The position numbers were made by a program, and so were the translations under genes. From Macrostomum lignano (taxonomy: Eukaryota): a stretch of 64,000 bases of DNA. The notes under the pieces were generated by a model, which ran no database searches, was not told the origin of the DNA, and saw only the letters and a program-made list of their open reading frames with translations. The stretch lies in the NCBI GenBank assembly GCA_002269645.1, contig NIVC01000867.1:62001-126000 (forward strand), given 5' to 3'. Positions 9,351 through 21,100 of this stretch are shown here, one piece after another (the stretch's first letter is position 1; each line of letters opens with the position of its first letter).

Positions 9351-10960
9351 CGAGGGGTATTGCAAAAGTTTCCAGACTAGTGTTCGCTAAAGCACAATTC
9401 TTATCAGATTTGGATGAGCTTTCATCCATAAACTATTTGGTTATTTATAAGTGCCAGGCTAAAATTTTGCATGACTAGGACAAACACAGCCTACATTAGA
9501 GCCAAGTTAAGCCTGAGGGTCTATGTTATTTCACACAATTTCACTCGGAGAATGAGCTGACCAAAAAACCACTCAGATTTTGGTTTGAAAAAAAGTCAAT
9601 ATCATTTCATTAGCTTGTATGGCATGTCAACACATGGGTAAGACACCAATGCAGACTTTTAACAAAGTTTGTACTGCTTTTGGTGATCATGCAATGGGTT
9701 GCACACAAGTGTTTGCCCACCACCAACTTGCTGCTGATGGTCAAACAAGCATCGCTGATGCTGCTTGCTCTGGCCATCCACGTTCCAGCACAGATGACAA
9801 CAATGTGGCTGCTGTGCTCCAATATTTGGAGGTAAACCCATCTGCATATGTGTGTAAAGTGGAGAATGTGTGGTATTTACTACTCGTCTGTGAGTTGCAT
9901 TCTCCAACGCCACGGCTGGTCAAAGATTTGTACTAAGTAGGTGCCACGAGAGCTGACAGAAGAACACAAAAAGCACGGGTGCGATATTCGGCAGACAACT
10001 AGGCTGTATGGAATGAGCTTGGTGATGAGAAGTTCAAGCTAGGAGCTTGTAATAACAATGGACAAGATGCCGCTGCCAATGTTTAATCCACTGACAGTCA
10101 ATGCAGTAGTCAATGCAGTGGGGGCCAAAGGGACGGCACCCAGACACAAAGGTCATGAAGTTGGCCTGGACCCAGAACATCATGTGCACAGTATGGTTCA
10201 ATGCGCGAGGCGTGCTACTCGTTGACTACCCGCCACAGGGCCAGACAATCAATGCCAACTATGTGATTAACCAGCTAAAGCAAATGCATGCTGCCATTCT
10301 ATCCAAGCACCAAATCATGCGTCAGAAGCCATTCATCCTTTGGGACAATGTGCATCAGCATGCTGCTGCTCACACTTGCACCAAGGTGTAAGAGCTGGGC
10401 TTTTGTCAGCTAAGTCACCCAGCCTACAGCCCCAACCTTGCAATTGCCAACTTCCATCTCTTCGGTCCAATGAAGTTGCCAATGCGTTGGCAAGTTTTTA
10501 TGACACATCAGGTCATTGATGCCACTAATGCATTGCTGCACCAGCTGGACTCCAGCTTCTGGAAGGCTGGGTTTGACAATCTGATCGAATGCTATCAGAA
10601 GTATATAGTATTTAATGGTGAATATGTGTAGCACAATAGTGCTGGGCCAGACAGAAAGAATGACATCAGCTTTTACTGTGCCACATTTGACTATAAAACA
10701 ACTCATGCATGCAAAAAAATCGATAGCTATTGAGCAGAATGATAATTTTAACAATTAAGCTCATTTGATTTTCTTTAAGTCTATAACTGATCTCTCTCTA
10801 CTTAAATGCACATATCTTTTAAAATACAAATCTAAATCAATCACAGTTTAAGTCATTTTAAAGAAGAGACTTGCCATTTTCAAATGATAACAAATTTATA
10901 TCAATGCAGCTAATCAAATGTCTACAAGTAAAAGTAACACTACTTTCCAAACACCCCTCA
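9351..10960 (+). mobile_element. Decayed mariner (Tc1/mariner) DNA transposon
   Basis: TA|CGAGGGGTATTGCAAAAGT ... ACTTTCCAAACACCCCTCA|TA imperfect TIRs with TA flanks; transposase remnants (HTH, NIMCTVWFNARGVLLVDY, LWDNV, HPAYSPNLA) broken by stops and frameshifts. Confidence 0.9.
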
Positions 10961-11159
10961 TATTTCTGTTTTTATCAGTGTCTAACCTATATATTAAATA
11001 GGTCATTCTATATACTAAACTAAGGCTAAGCATAGTTGTATAATATATAACAAAAGAGGATTTACTAAGTGTATAATCTCATTTTTTCATTTTTCATCTT
11101 AGGGAGTACTCAGTATCCTTAACAGCAAGAAATAGATTAGATATTAATGGTGGTATTAA

Positions 11160-12346
11160 TGTTAATAATTATTAGTTACTATTATTATTAGTAATATTAT
11201 TACTATTATTGTTATTAATATTATTATTATTGGAGTATAGGTGTCTTGCCTGTTGTCTAGAGGCCTTCTATAGGAGCGCTGCCACCAATGAAGTGTTGTT
11301 ATTTCCTCGATAGCTTCTAGAGGTGTCCTAGCAGATCTTCTGGCTCCTGGTCGGTGACCTCGAGTTGGCGGTTTCTTAGAAAGTAGTTCTCGTAGCATAG
11401 GTAATGTTGCCACCAGCTTCGTAGAGTCGCAGCCTTCGGTGAGGTGCTGAGCTCGTAGAAGCAAATAACTAAGACGAGAGAAAGAGACTCGCACTTCGTG
11501 CAGATTTAGCAGTTCTCGCGCAGAGGTGCCCACTGTCAGCAGTCCCTGCCGGGCTGGTGCGGGGTGAGAGCAAAAGTGCTAGCTCCGGGCGATCCGAGCT
11601 GGCCTGCTAATTGATAGCAGGAACAATCAGAGGCAGTCACGCGCAAAGTCGGGAGTCTTGGAGTTTAAACTTTAGCACACGCGCTGATCGAAACGGCGGA
11701 GAGGTGAAATGAATACGGAAAAACGCGGAAACGCAGAAACGGAAGGCTGAAACGCGGAAAAGCTGAAACGCTTGTCTGAGCCAAGCCATGAGAGGGGCCG
11801 CATTTATAGGGAGAATCGATTGCACCATAGCACGAAAGACCCCCGCTGAGAGTCATGGGTGACTCTGTTGCTATTTTTAGCAACAAACAAGCGGGCCCTG
11901 CCTCAGAGGAGGCAAGGGGGTCCGGGCGCACGTGATCTCCCCATAAACACGAGCCCAGCGTACAATGATGAAATCATTGCACTTTGGACTAAAGAAGGAA
12001 GAAGGCCTTATCATGTGACTGGCTCACATGACAAGGGGAAAAGGCCCACAAGTGAAGGCACTCGTGACCGTGGGACCGGAAAACAGAATGGCACTCCAAA
12101 TTTGGAGATGCCAGAGAACGAAACAGAGGCAGGCCAGACCAAGCTGTCTTGGCACTGCAAAAAGGGAAAACGAAGCAAAAGGGGGCAAACGAGGACAAAC
12201 AGACAGACAGGCAAGCGGGCAGAGGACAGGCCAGAGGACAGGCGGGAAGGGACAGGCAACTGCCCAGCGGCAGACAGAAGCCCAGGGCGGGGGCGAGGGC
12301 AACAGCTGACTAGTGCGGCGCCTAACTAAACTAGCGACTCACTACA
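11160..12346 (-). mobile_element. LTR (~1.19 kb) of a second, inverted retroelement fragment
   Basis: On the minus strand PPT GGGGAGAG (12354-12347) abuts TGTAGT...; ends ...TTAACA at 11160; TATAAA at 11808-11803. Confidence 0.75.
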
Positions 12347-12696
12347 CTCTCCCCGTTCAAATAAAGAGGCGGAGTGAAGCGGCGCGCGCTTTATTTAAAA
12401 GAGAACAAATGCAAGTTTTAATGAAAATTAATGCGATGCAAAATGCTGCGGCTAGAGGATGACGGCGAAGGATGCATAATGCTGGCTGGGCGAAGGCCAT
12501 AAAAGATGAAGCCCGTACCGCGGGGGCGTTGGCCCGCTATTAAACGCCTAAATGTTGATGTGGGGCGCCAGTCCACTACAAAAGGGCGCTCAAGCACGCG
12601 TGGAGGCACCTGCATCCCTAACTGGGAGTGAGCTTTGGGTTGGCGAGAACACCTTAACCTGAATAAACCATGGTTAAAATGCAGCTTTTCCTCGTT

Positions 12697-13272
12697 TCAC
12701 AAATACCGCGTCGACGGCCGGGCCAGGGCCGCCGGCAGCTCTGCCTCGCTGCCGCCGAGATGCCGGGCGATCTCAGTCGCCGCCAGGTGTACAGCGAACG
12801 GGCGGTTCGGTTGCTGCAAGTCTGGACCGCCCAGACGAACGGCCTCTTCGAGTAGGGCCGAGCGTTCTTCCATTGTCGTCCAGCGCAGGCTGCTCCATAC
12901 CGGACCAGCGAACACCTGGGGCCAGTGGCCGTGTCGAGCCGCGTCGACCAGGAGGTTGCGCGCTAGGCAAGCGGCGGCGGTCAGCAGCGCCGCACGTCCC
13001 TCGTCGGCGGGTAGAGCTGGCCCTGGGGTGCTCGTCTGGGTGCCGACGTCAGCCCGTTGCGGTGGCTCCTCCGGCGTGGGCGGCGGAGCGCGAGGTAACT
13101 CGCCGCGCAGCGCTTCCGCCAGGCCTTCCCAGAGGCCTGCTGGCTCGGACGCCTCCTCGTGGCCGGCTCGCGGCGACGGGATGCCTTCGACCAGCGACAT
13201 CGGCGACCCTGGCTGGTCATAGTGGGACCCGGGCTGCGGGAAGTCCCTTGGGCCTATGTCTTGAGTTTTCAC
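12697..13272 (-). CDS. Accessory ORF of the second LTR element; putative homologue of ORF3 (true start uncertain)
   Basis: GC-rich ORF just upstream of PPT+LTR; Pro-rich N-terminus; C-terminal 36-aa block aligns ungapped with ORF3 (11 identities). Confidence 0.65.
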   Translation of the reverse strand: MKTQDIGPRDFPQPGSHYDQPGSPMSLVEGIPSPRAGHEEASEPAGLWEGLAEALRGELPRAPPPTPEEPPQRADVGTQTSTPGPALPADEGRAALLTAAACLARNLLVDAARHGHWPQVFAGPVWSSLRWTTMEERSALLEEAVRLGGPDLQQPNRPFAVHLAATEIARHLGGSEAELPAALARPSTRYL

Positions 13273-14371
13273 AACTTCATATTTCCTTTACCTCTTTCTC
13301 CTCTACTATAAGTATTTTTTTATAAACACTTCTCATGGGTAGATTATTTCACATCTAATTCTTTCCTTGTTTGTATGCTTCATATACTTAATTTTTGGTT
13401 TGGCCTTTGCATCATAATTTTGCTTAATGTTTTATTAAATGGCAAATACTATAAAAGTCCTCAGAGAACTTCAAAGGTTCTTAATGCACATGGAAGCTTT
13501 TAGAAAAAGTTTTGAATTTTAGGAGGGCTTTTGAAAAATTTATTTTTACATCCTTTAGGTAGCAGATTTAGGGATTTTGTATGCAAAAAATTAGAGGAAA
13601 CTAACTAAGTAAACTATTTTTGCTTATATAGCTACTTTTGTTTTTGAAAAGAAAAGTTTACAACCAAAGTATAAATTTAGAATGTGCAGTTTAAATATAA
13701 ATATAAAAGTCTTAATTAATTTTCAGTCTTAGAAATCAAACACTTAGTGACGTTTATAATTGCCTAAGTCTTTTAGGTACCAAGCAAATTATTACTTGCA
13801 TGGTTAGAAGGTTTTTATACAATAATTTTCATTAGTCTTCAAAGTAAAGGATTATCAAAAAGGCTTTTTTATTAATAAATGCATGGTGCAAATCTCAAAA
13901 GGTATAGCAAAATGCTCCAGTTTTGTAATAAATCATTTTTTTAAATAATTACATTTCTTTTACAGGTTAGTGCTGCTAACACTGAAATGCTTATAAATTT
14001 GTAATAATATGCAAAGAAAATTTCTCCATTGTTTTAATCAACTTGCCTGTCAGAATTTATTATCTCTGGTGGTTAGACAAAGACCAGGCTTGTCATTTAA
14101 ATTAAAAAGACAAGTCTTTGTTGGCCCTGTTGACACAGCCATGGCTGCTATTGGTTCGCCAATCATTTCTACCATATTCCTCTCAAGTGGAAGTGTTCTG
14201 TCGCCACAGAAGAGTCTGGTTGTTGTCACAGCTCATAATAGGTGAGGCTGAAGTAGATCATTTGTCAATTTTGTCTTGTAGTACTCGTAGCTACATTTGC
14301 TCACTTACTCATATCTGTCTAGTTGTTTCTGTCAGTATAATTTATCAATGTCTGGTTATCTGTTGTCCTTA

Positions 14372-14760
14372 TCTGTTTGTCTGTCTGTCTGTCTGTCTCT
14401 GTCTGTCTGTCTGACTGTCTGTCTGTGGGTCTGTCTGTGTGTCTGTCTCTGTGTCTGTGTGTCTGTCAGTCTGACTGTCTGTCTGTCTGTATCTGCCTGC
14501 CTGTCTGTCTGTCTGTCTTAGTGTCTGTCTGTCTGCCTGTCTTAGTGTCTGTCTGTCTGCCTGTCTTAGTGTCCGTCTGTCTGCCTGTCTTAGTGTCTGT
14601 CTGTCTGCCTGTCTTAGTGTCTGTCTGTCTGCCTGTCTTAGTGTCCGTCTGTCTGCCTGTCTTAGTGTCCGTCTGTCTATATGTCTGTCTGCCTTCCTGC
14701 CTGTCTATCTATCTCCATCTATCTATCTTTCTATCCATCTGCCTATCCATTTATCATCTA
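14372..14760. repeat. (CTGT)n / (CTAT)n microsatellite with 24-bp higher-order unit
   Basis: Direct inspection. Confidence 0.9.
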
Positions 14761-15151
14761 ATTGAATATTTATCGACTGAAGGAAAACTGCGTTTAGCAG
14801 CTTCAATTGTACAACAATATGTTTGCACTTTTTTGTCTTGCATAATAATCATATTTATACACTTCAGCTACCTAATTAATGCGCCTGAGGGCATCTCACG
14901 GGTGCTGCAAGAGTCCGGGTATGCGCCTATAAGTTATGTTTAATAAGTCTTATCACCTGTTCTTGAACTAATAATTGGTGTTATTAAATTTTCTAGAACC
15001 AAATTTTCGAAGATATCGCACATATTTATTACTGGAAATCAATGGGATCTGTGCGCAGGAATCATTGGTGAGCACAAATTGCAATGGCAATAAATCATTT
15101 GCATTATCGCAGTGCTAGTTAAGATATAATAGATTATTGTTATATTTTTAG

Positions 15152-18100
15152 GCACCTGTTTGAACATTAGCGGAGCTGGTCTGCAGTCGGCCGTGAACTT
15201 GCACGGCCCGCCCATTGTTGTAAGCTGGTTGTATTTAATGTATGTATTAATTTAATAATATGTGTGCAGAAGGATTGTGATCGGATAGGATCTCTTGTTT
15301 GATGGACTTCAAAGTTCCCCTCACAAAAGCTTGGAAACTGGATAAACTCGTTCTTTTCCACTGCTGTACCCCCCTCACATCCATTGAATTAAAGGCTCAA
15401 GTAATGTTTTAGGTCTTTCAAGTCTCAGTTATTGAACAACCTTTAATATTACTAGATATTTAAATTGGGAAATATGAATTTCGTAACCATAATAGTATTA
15501 ATTAATTACACCTGCCCTAATGGGCAGATGTGCAACCGACAGCTCAGCCGCAGCTATTTGCGCGGCGCATCTGAAGGCTGCGTACGGCTGTTCAGTCCAA
15601 GGACTGGGGGGTCGCCACACACAGCCTCAATTACCCCAGCTAATGCTGGCACCCATTTTTACAGCTGGGTGAACTGAAGCAATGCAGAGTTAAGTGTCTT
15701 GCTCAAGGACACAAATTGTTCCAGTTGGAATCGGGAATCGAACCCCCGACCTTTTCAGTCATGAGTGCGACCGTCTTACCACTAGGCTGCAACCCCCACT
15801 GTAGCGTGACCATACCTATGTCTGTGTCTTATGTCTAAAAACCACCGTATCTTGTGTCAGACACAGCGTGTACAGCAACCCTGACTTTCTAATCGTTAGG
15901 CATGTGATGGATTATATCTATACACAGTTTTACCAATATCGATTGCAGAAAGAAGTCAATAATTTGATGTCGAAGTTTGCTGATTCGCCCGGTGGGATGA
16001 AGATCGGTAAGCGATGACTTAGTAGCTCTTCAGGACTGATTTATATTGTCTTAATGTCTCTCTTTGTACTTTCTTTTCTTTTAAGAGTACAACGCGTCCT
16101 CGGACTTTGCCGATCCTGTATTTCAAGTCGCCAGCTTGAGCGCCAGGTGCACCGCTTGTGAGTGTTTTTGCTTTGATGGAGAAATTCTTTGTGAAATTAA
16201 AAAAAAAGTTTTTTATATTCACTTATCATACTACTTGATTTCAGCTACTGCTCAATCTTATTGCTATCTGTTTAAGGTAATTGTTTTTTTATATAATAAT
16301 TTTGTTCAACTTTGCTATATGATATAACTATTTTAATTTTTGTTAATCTAAATATTTTAGCCAAATCCTTTGCCTGCTAAGCTGGACATGCTCAAGGCAG
16401 TTCAGATGAACTTTCCTGTGTGAGTTAGGTTTAAAATTGTTTTAATATACTTTCTTTCTCAGTAGATGTGTAGGTCCCCAGTTGCTGGGCCAGCCTCCCA
16501 GAGTGTCAGTTGCTGGGCCAGCCTCTCAGGTCCTCAGTTGCTGGGCCAGCCTCCCAGATCCTCAGTTGCTGGGCCAGCCTCCCAGAGCCTCAGTTGCTGG
16601 GCCAGCCTCCCAGAGTGTCAGTTGCTGGGCCAGCCTCTCAGGTCCTCAGTTGCTGAGCCAGCCTCCCAGAGTGTCAGTTGCTGGGCCAGCCTCTCAGGTC
16701 CTCAGTTGCTGAGCCAGCCTCCCAGAGTGTCAGTTGCTGGGCCAGCCTCCCAGAGCCTCAGTTGCTGGGCCAGCCTCCCAGATCCTCAGTTGCTGGGCCA
16801 GCCTCCCAGATCCTCAGTTGCTGGGCCAGCCTCCCAGAGTGTCAGTTGCTGGGCCAGCCTCCCAGATCCTCAGTTGCTGGGCCAGCCTCCCAGATCTTCA
16901 GTTGCTGGGCCAGCCTCCCAGATCCTCAGTTGCTAAGCCAGCCTCTCAGATCCTCAGTTGCTGGGCCAGCCTCCCAGATCCTCAGTTGCTGGGCCAGCCT
17001 CCCAGAGTGTCAGTTGCTGGGCCAGCCTCTCAGATCCTCAGTTGCTGGGTCAGCCTCCCAGATCCTCAGTTGCTGGGCCAGCCTCTTAGATCCTCAGTTG
17101 CTGGGCCAGCCTCCCAGATCCTCAGTTGCTGAGCCAGCCTCCCAGAGTGTCAGTTGCTGGGCCAGCCTCCCAGAGTGTCAGTTGCTAAGCCAGCCTCTCA
17201 GATCCTAAGTTGCTGGGCCAGCCTCCCAGATCCTCAGTTGCTGGGCCAGCCTCCCAGATCTTCAGTTGCTGGGCCAGCCTCCCAGATCCTCAGTTGCTGG
17301 GCCAGCCTCTCAGATCCTCAGTTGCTGGGCCAGCCTCTTAGATCCTCAGTTGCTGGGCCAGCCTCTCAGATCCTCAGTTGCTGGGTCAGCCTCTCAGATC
17401 CTCAGTTGCTGGGCCAGCCTCTTAGATCCCCAGTTGCTGGGCCAGCCTCCCAGATCCTCAGTTGCTGAGCCAGCCTCCCAGAGTGTCAGTTGCTGGGCCA
17501 GCCTCCCAGATCCTCAGTTGCTGGGCCAGCCTCCCAGATCCTCAGTTGCTGAGCCAGCCTCCCAGAGTGTCAGTTGCTGGGCCAGCCTCCCAGATCCTCA
17601 GTTGCTGGGCCAGCCTCCCAGATCCTCAGTTGCTGGGCCAGCCTCCCAGATCTTCAGTTGCTGGGCCAGCCTCCCAGATCCTCAGTTGCTGGGCCAGCCT
17701 CTCAGATCCTCAGTTGCTGGGCCAGCCTCTCAGGTCCTCAGTTGCTAAGCCAGCCTCTCAGATCCTCAGTTGCTGGGCCAGCCTCTTAGATCCTCAGTTG
17801 CTGGGCCAGCCTCCCAGATCCTCAGTTGCTGGGTCAGCCTCCCAGATCCTCAGTTGCTGGGCCAGCCTCCCAGATCCTCAGTTGCTGGGCCAGCCTCTCA
17901 GATCCTCAGTTGCTGGGTCAGCCTCCCAGATCCTCAGTTGCTGGGCCAGCCTCTTACTAGTAGATCCTCAGTTGCTGGGCCAGCCTCCCAGATCCTCAGT
18001 TGCTGAGCCAGCCTCCCAGAGTGTCAGTTGCTGGGCCAGCCTCCCAGATCCCCAGTTGCTGGGCCAGCCTCCCAGATCCTCAGTTGCTGGGCCAGCCTCT

Positions 18101-21100
18101 CAGATCCTCAGTTGCTGGGTCAGCCTCTTAGATCCTCAGTTGCTGGGCCAGCCTCCCAGATCCTCAGTTGCTGAGCCAGCCTCCCAGAGTGTCAGTTGCT
18201 GGGCCAGCCTCCCAGATCCCCAGTTGCTGGGCCAGCCTCCCAGATCCTCAGTTGCTGGGCCAGCCTCTCAGATCCTCAGTTGCTGGGTCAGCCTCTTAGA
18301 TCCTCAGTTGCTGGGCCAGCCTCCCAGATCCTCAGTTGCTGGGCCAGCCTCCCAGAGTGTCAGTTGCTGGGCCAGCCTCCCAGTTTCTCAGTTGCTGGGC
18401 CAGCCTCTTAGATCCTCAGTTGCTGGGCCAGCCTCCCAGATCCTCAGTTGCTGAGCCAGCCTCCCAGAGTGTCAGTTGCTGGGCCAGCCTCCCAGATCCT
18501 CAGTTGCGTTGCCAGCCTCCCAGATCCTCAGTTGCTGGACCAGCCTCCCAGATCCTCAGTCGCTGGGCCAGCCTCCCAGATCCTTAAATTTCGTTTACTT
18601 AACCTGTATATTTTAGCTCCATGCTCAAAGATGGCGTAACGGCTAAAAAACTTAAAGCTGGAGAGTCTGTTGAACTGCCCGATGGGAGAGTGGTGAGTTT
18701 TATTTATTTTTATTGTTTGGATTCTATCTATTGCGTCAAAACCATCAAATTTATTCTTTCAAGTCCTTTAGTAGTCGGGAAACAAGAAAAAATGGACAAA
18801 ATAATTTATAGCTCGTAAACTATGTCCTTAAACTTGGATACTATAATCCTGAAACTCGGACACGTGTCCCAAAATTTGGACAGTATATCCTAAACTCGGA
18901 CACTATCCCCTAACTCGGTCTCAGACACTATAATTCCTTAAACTTCTACACAGTAGCCCGTAAACTCGGACACATCCCTTTAACTCGAACACTATATCAC
19001 CTAAACTCGGACACAATGTCACCTAAACTCGGACACTATATCACCTAAACTCGGACACTATGTCACATAAACTCGGACACTATATCACCTAAACTCGGAC
19101 ACAATGTCACCTAAACTCGGACACTATATCACCTAAACTCGGACACTATGTCACATAAACTCGGACACTATATCACCTAAACTCGGACACAATGTCACCT
19201 AAACTCGGACACTATATCACCTAAACTCGGACACTATGTCACCTAAACTCGGACACTATATCACCTAAACTCGGACACAATGTCACCTAAACTCGGACAC
19301 TATATCACCTAAACTCGGACACTATGTCACCTAAACTCGGACACTATAGTCCTCTAAACTCAGACACTATAATCCCTTTAACTCGGACACTATAATCCCT
19401 TAAACTCGGACACAATATCCCCTAAACTCAGACACAATATCCCCTAAAATCATACTATAAATATCCGAAACTCGAATATTTTACATCTCATACTTCCAAC
19501 TCGGACACTCTCGGACACACTATCAGATTGACGGAAACGAACTGCTAATTCATCCGGCTCAGTCAAAATCAATTCTAATCCTGGACTGCGCCACCGCTGA
19601 AATCGCGGCCCAGCTGGCCTTAAACGACCGGTTGAAGTCTTGGATTTGCGGAGCTGGCAGTTCCGATGCTAATTGCAGTGCTGCCGAAATCGACCTAGTT
19701 GTACACTTGGCCGAGCCTTCGGTGCTGCGGTCCAATCAGTATCGAGCTGTCATCGATCTGTGAGTTTGGTTTGGCATTTTTTACTGTTTTGGGTGCCTAA
19801 ATGAGACCATATATAGTTTTTAATGGCGTCATGAGATGTATGATGGCGGTCTGAGGTGTCTGATGGCGGTCTGAGGTGTCTGATGGCGGTCTGAGGTGTC
19901 TGATGGCGGTCTGAGGTGTCTGATAGCGGTCTGAGGTGTCTGATGGCGGTCTGAGGTGTCTGATAGCGGTCTGAGGTGTCTGATAGCGGTCTGAGGTGTC
20001 TGATGGCGGTCTGAAGTGTCTGATGGCGGTCTGAGGTGTCTGATAGCAGTCTGAGGTGTCTGATGGCGGTCTGAGGTGTCTGATAGCGGTCTGAGGTGTC
20101 TGATAGCGGTCTGAGGTGTCTGATAGCGGTCTGAGGTGTCTGATGGTGGTCTGAGGTGTCTGATGGCGGTCTGAGGTGTCTGATGGCGGTCTGAGGTGTC
20201 TGATGGCGGTCTGAGGTGTCTGATGGCGGTCTGAGGTGTCTGATGGCGGTCTGAGGTGTCTGATGGCGGTCTGAGGTGTCTGATGGTGGTCTGAGGTGTC
20301 TGATGGCGGTCTGAAGTGTCTGATAGCGGTCTGAGGTGTCTGATGGCGGTCTGAGGTGTCTGATGGCGGTCTGAGGTGTCTGATGGCGGTCTGAAGTGTC
20401 TGATAGCGGTCTGAGGTGTCTGATGGCGGTCTGAGGTGTCTGATGGCGGTCTGAGGTGTCTGATAGCGGTCTGAGGTGTCTGATAGCGGTCTGAGGTGTC
20501 TGATGGCGGTCTGAAGTGTCTGATAGCGGTCTGAGGTGTCTGATGGCGGTCTGAGGTGTATGATAGCGGTCTGAGGTGTCTGATGGCGGTCTGAGGTGTC
20601 TGATGGCGGTCTGAAGTGTCTGATGGCGGTCTGAGGTGTCTGATGGCGGTCTGAGGTGTCTGATGGCGGTCTGAAGTGTCTGATGGCGGTCTGAGCTGTC
20701 TGATGACGGTCTGAGGTGTCTGATGGCGGTCTGAAGTGTCTGATGGCGGTCTGAGGTGTCTGATGGCGGTCTGAGGTGTCTGATGGCGGTCTGAGGTGTC
20801 TGATGGCGGTCTGAGGTGTCTAATGTGGCTAAAAATGTCTAATTAGTCATAGTAAATCTAGAGGTGCCATTTTGAAGAGTCTTAGGCAGCGCCAACAACG
20901 CTATATACGGCTTCTTGAAAGCATATTTGTGGCAGTAGTACATGATCTTGAATTAATGCTTTTTTATTTTTCCCTTCCAGCTTTCGCAAGTCGCCGCTTA
21001 ACTCGAATGCGAAGCACATCGTCTTGGACGGTCAAAGCCGCATCCCTGCGCTCTATGCGGCTCATCAGAGTCAGCTGATGCTTAATTCGCTTGATAACAG

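Noticed and set aside
11162-11533. 123-aa ORF with a hydrophobic tail inside the second LTR (possible membrane protein)
   Set aside because: The hydrophobic tail is just the translated (TAA/TAT)n LTR end; GTG start with no supporting context
14009-14245. Possible upstream ELAC2 exon ending at AG|GTGAG (~14243)
   Set aside because: Neither frame gave a convincing tRNase Z N-terminal match together with the required phase-1 end, so it was left unassigned
15700-15798. tRNA-like A/B boxes (also at 41740-41809 and 47750-47825)
   Set aside because: They are SINE heads with bodies, tails or TSDs, not standalone tRNA genes
16466-18587. Long overlapping ORFs ([16 protein letters not shown]…)
   Set aside because: These are translations of a 28-bp intronic array inside ELAC2; they are open only because the unit has few stops
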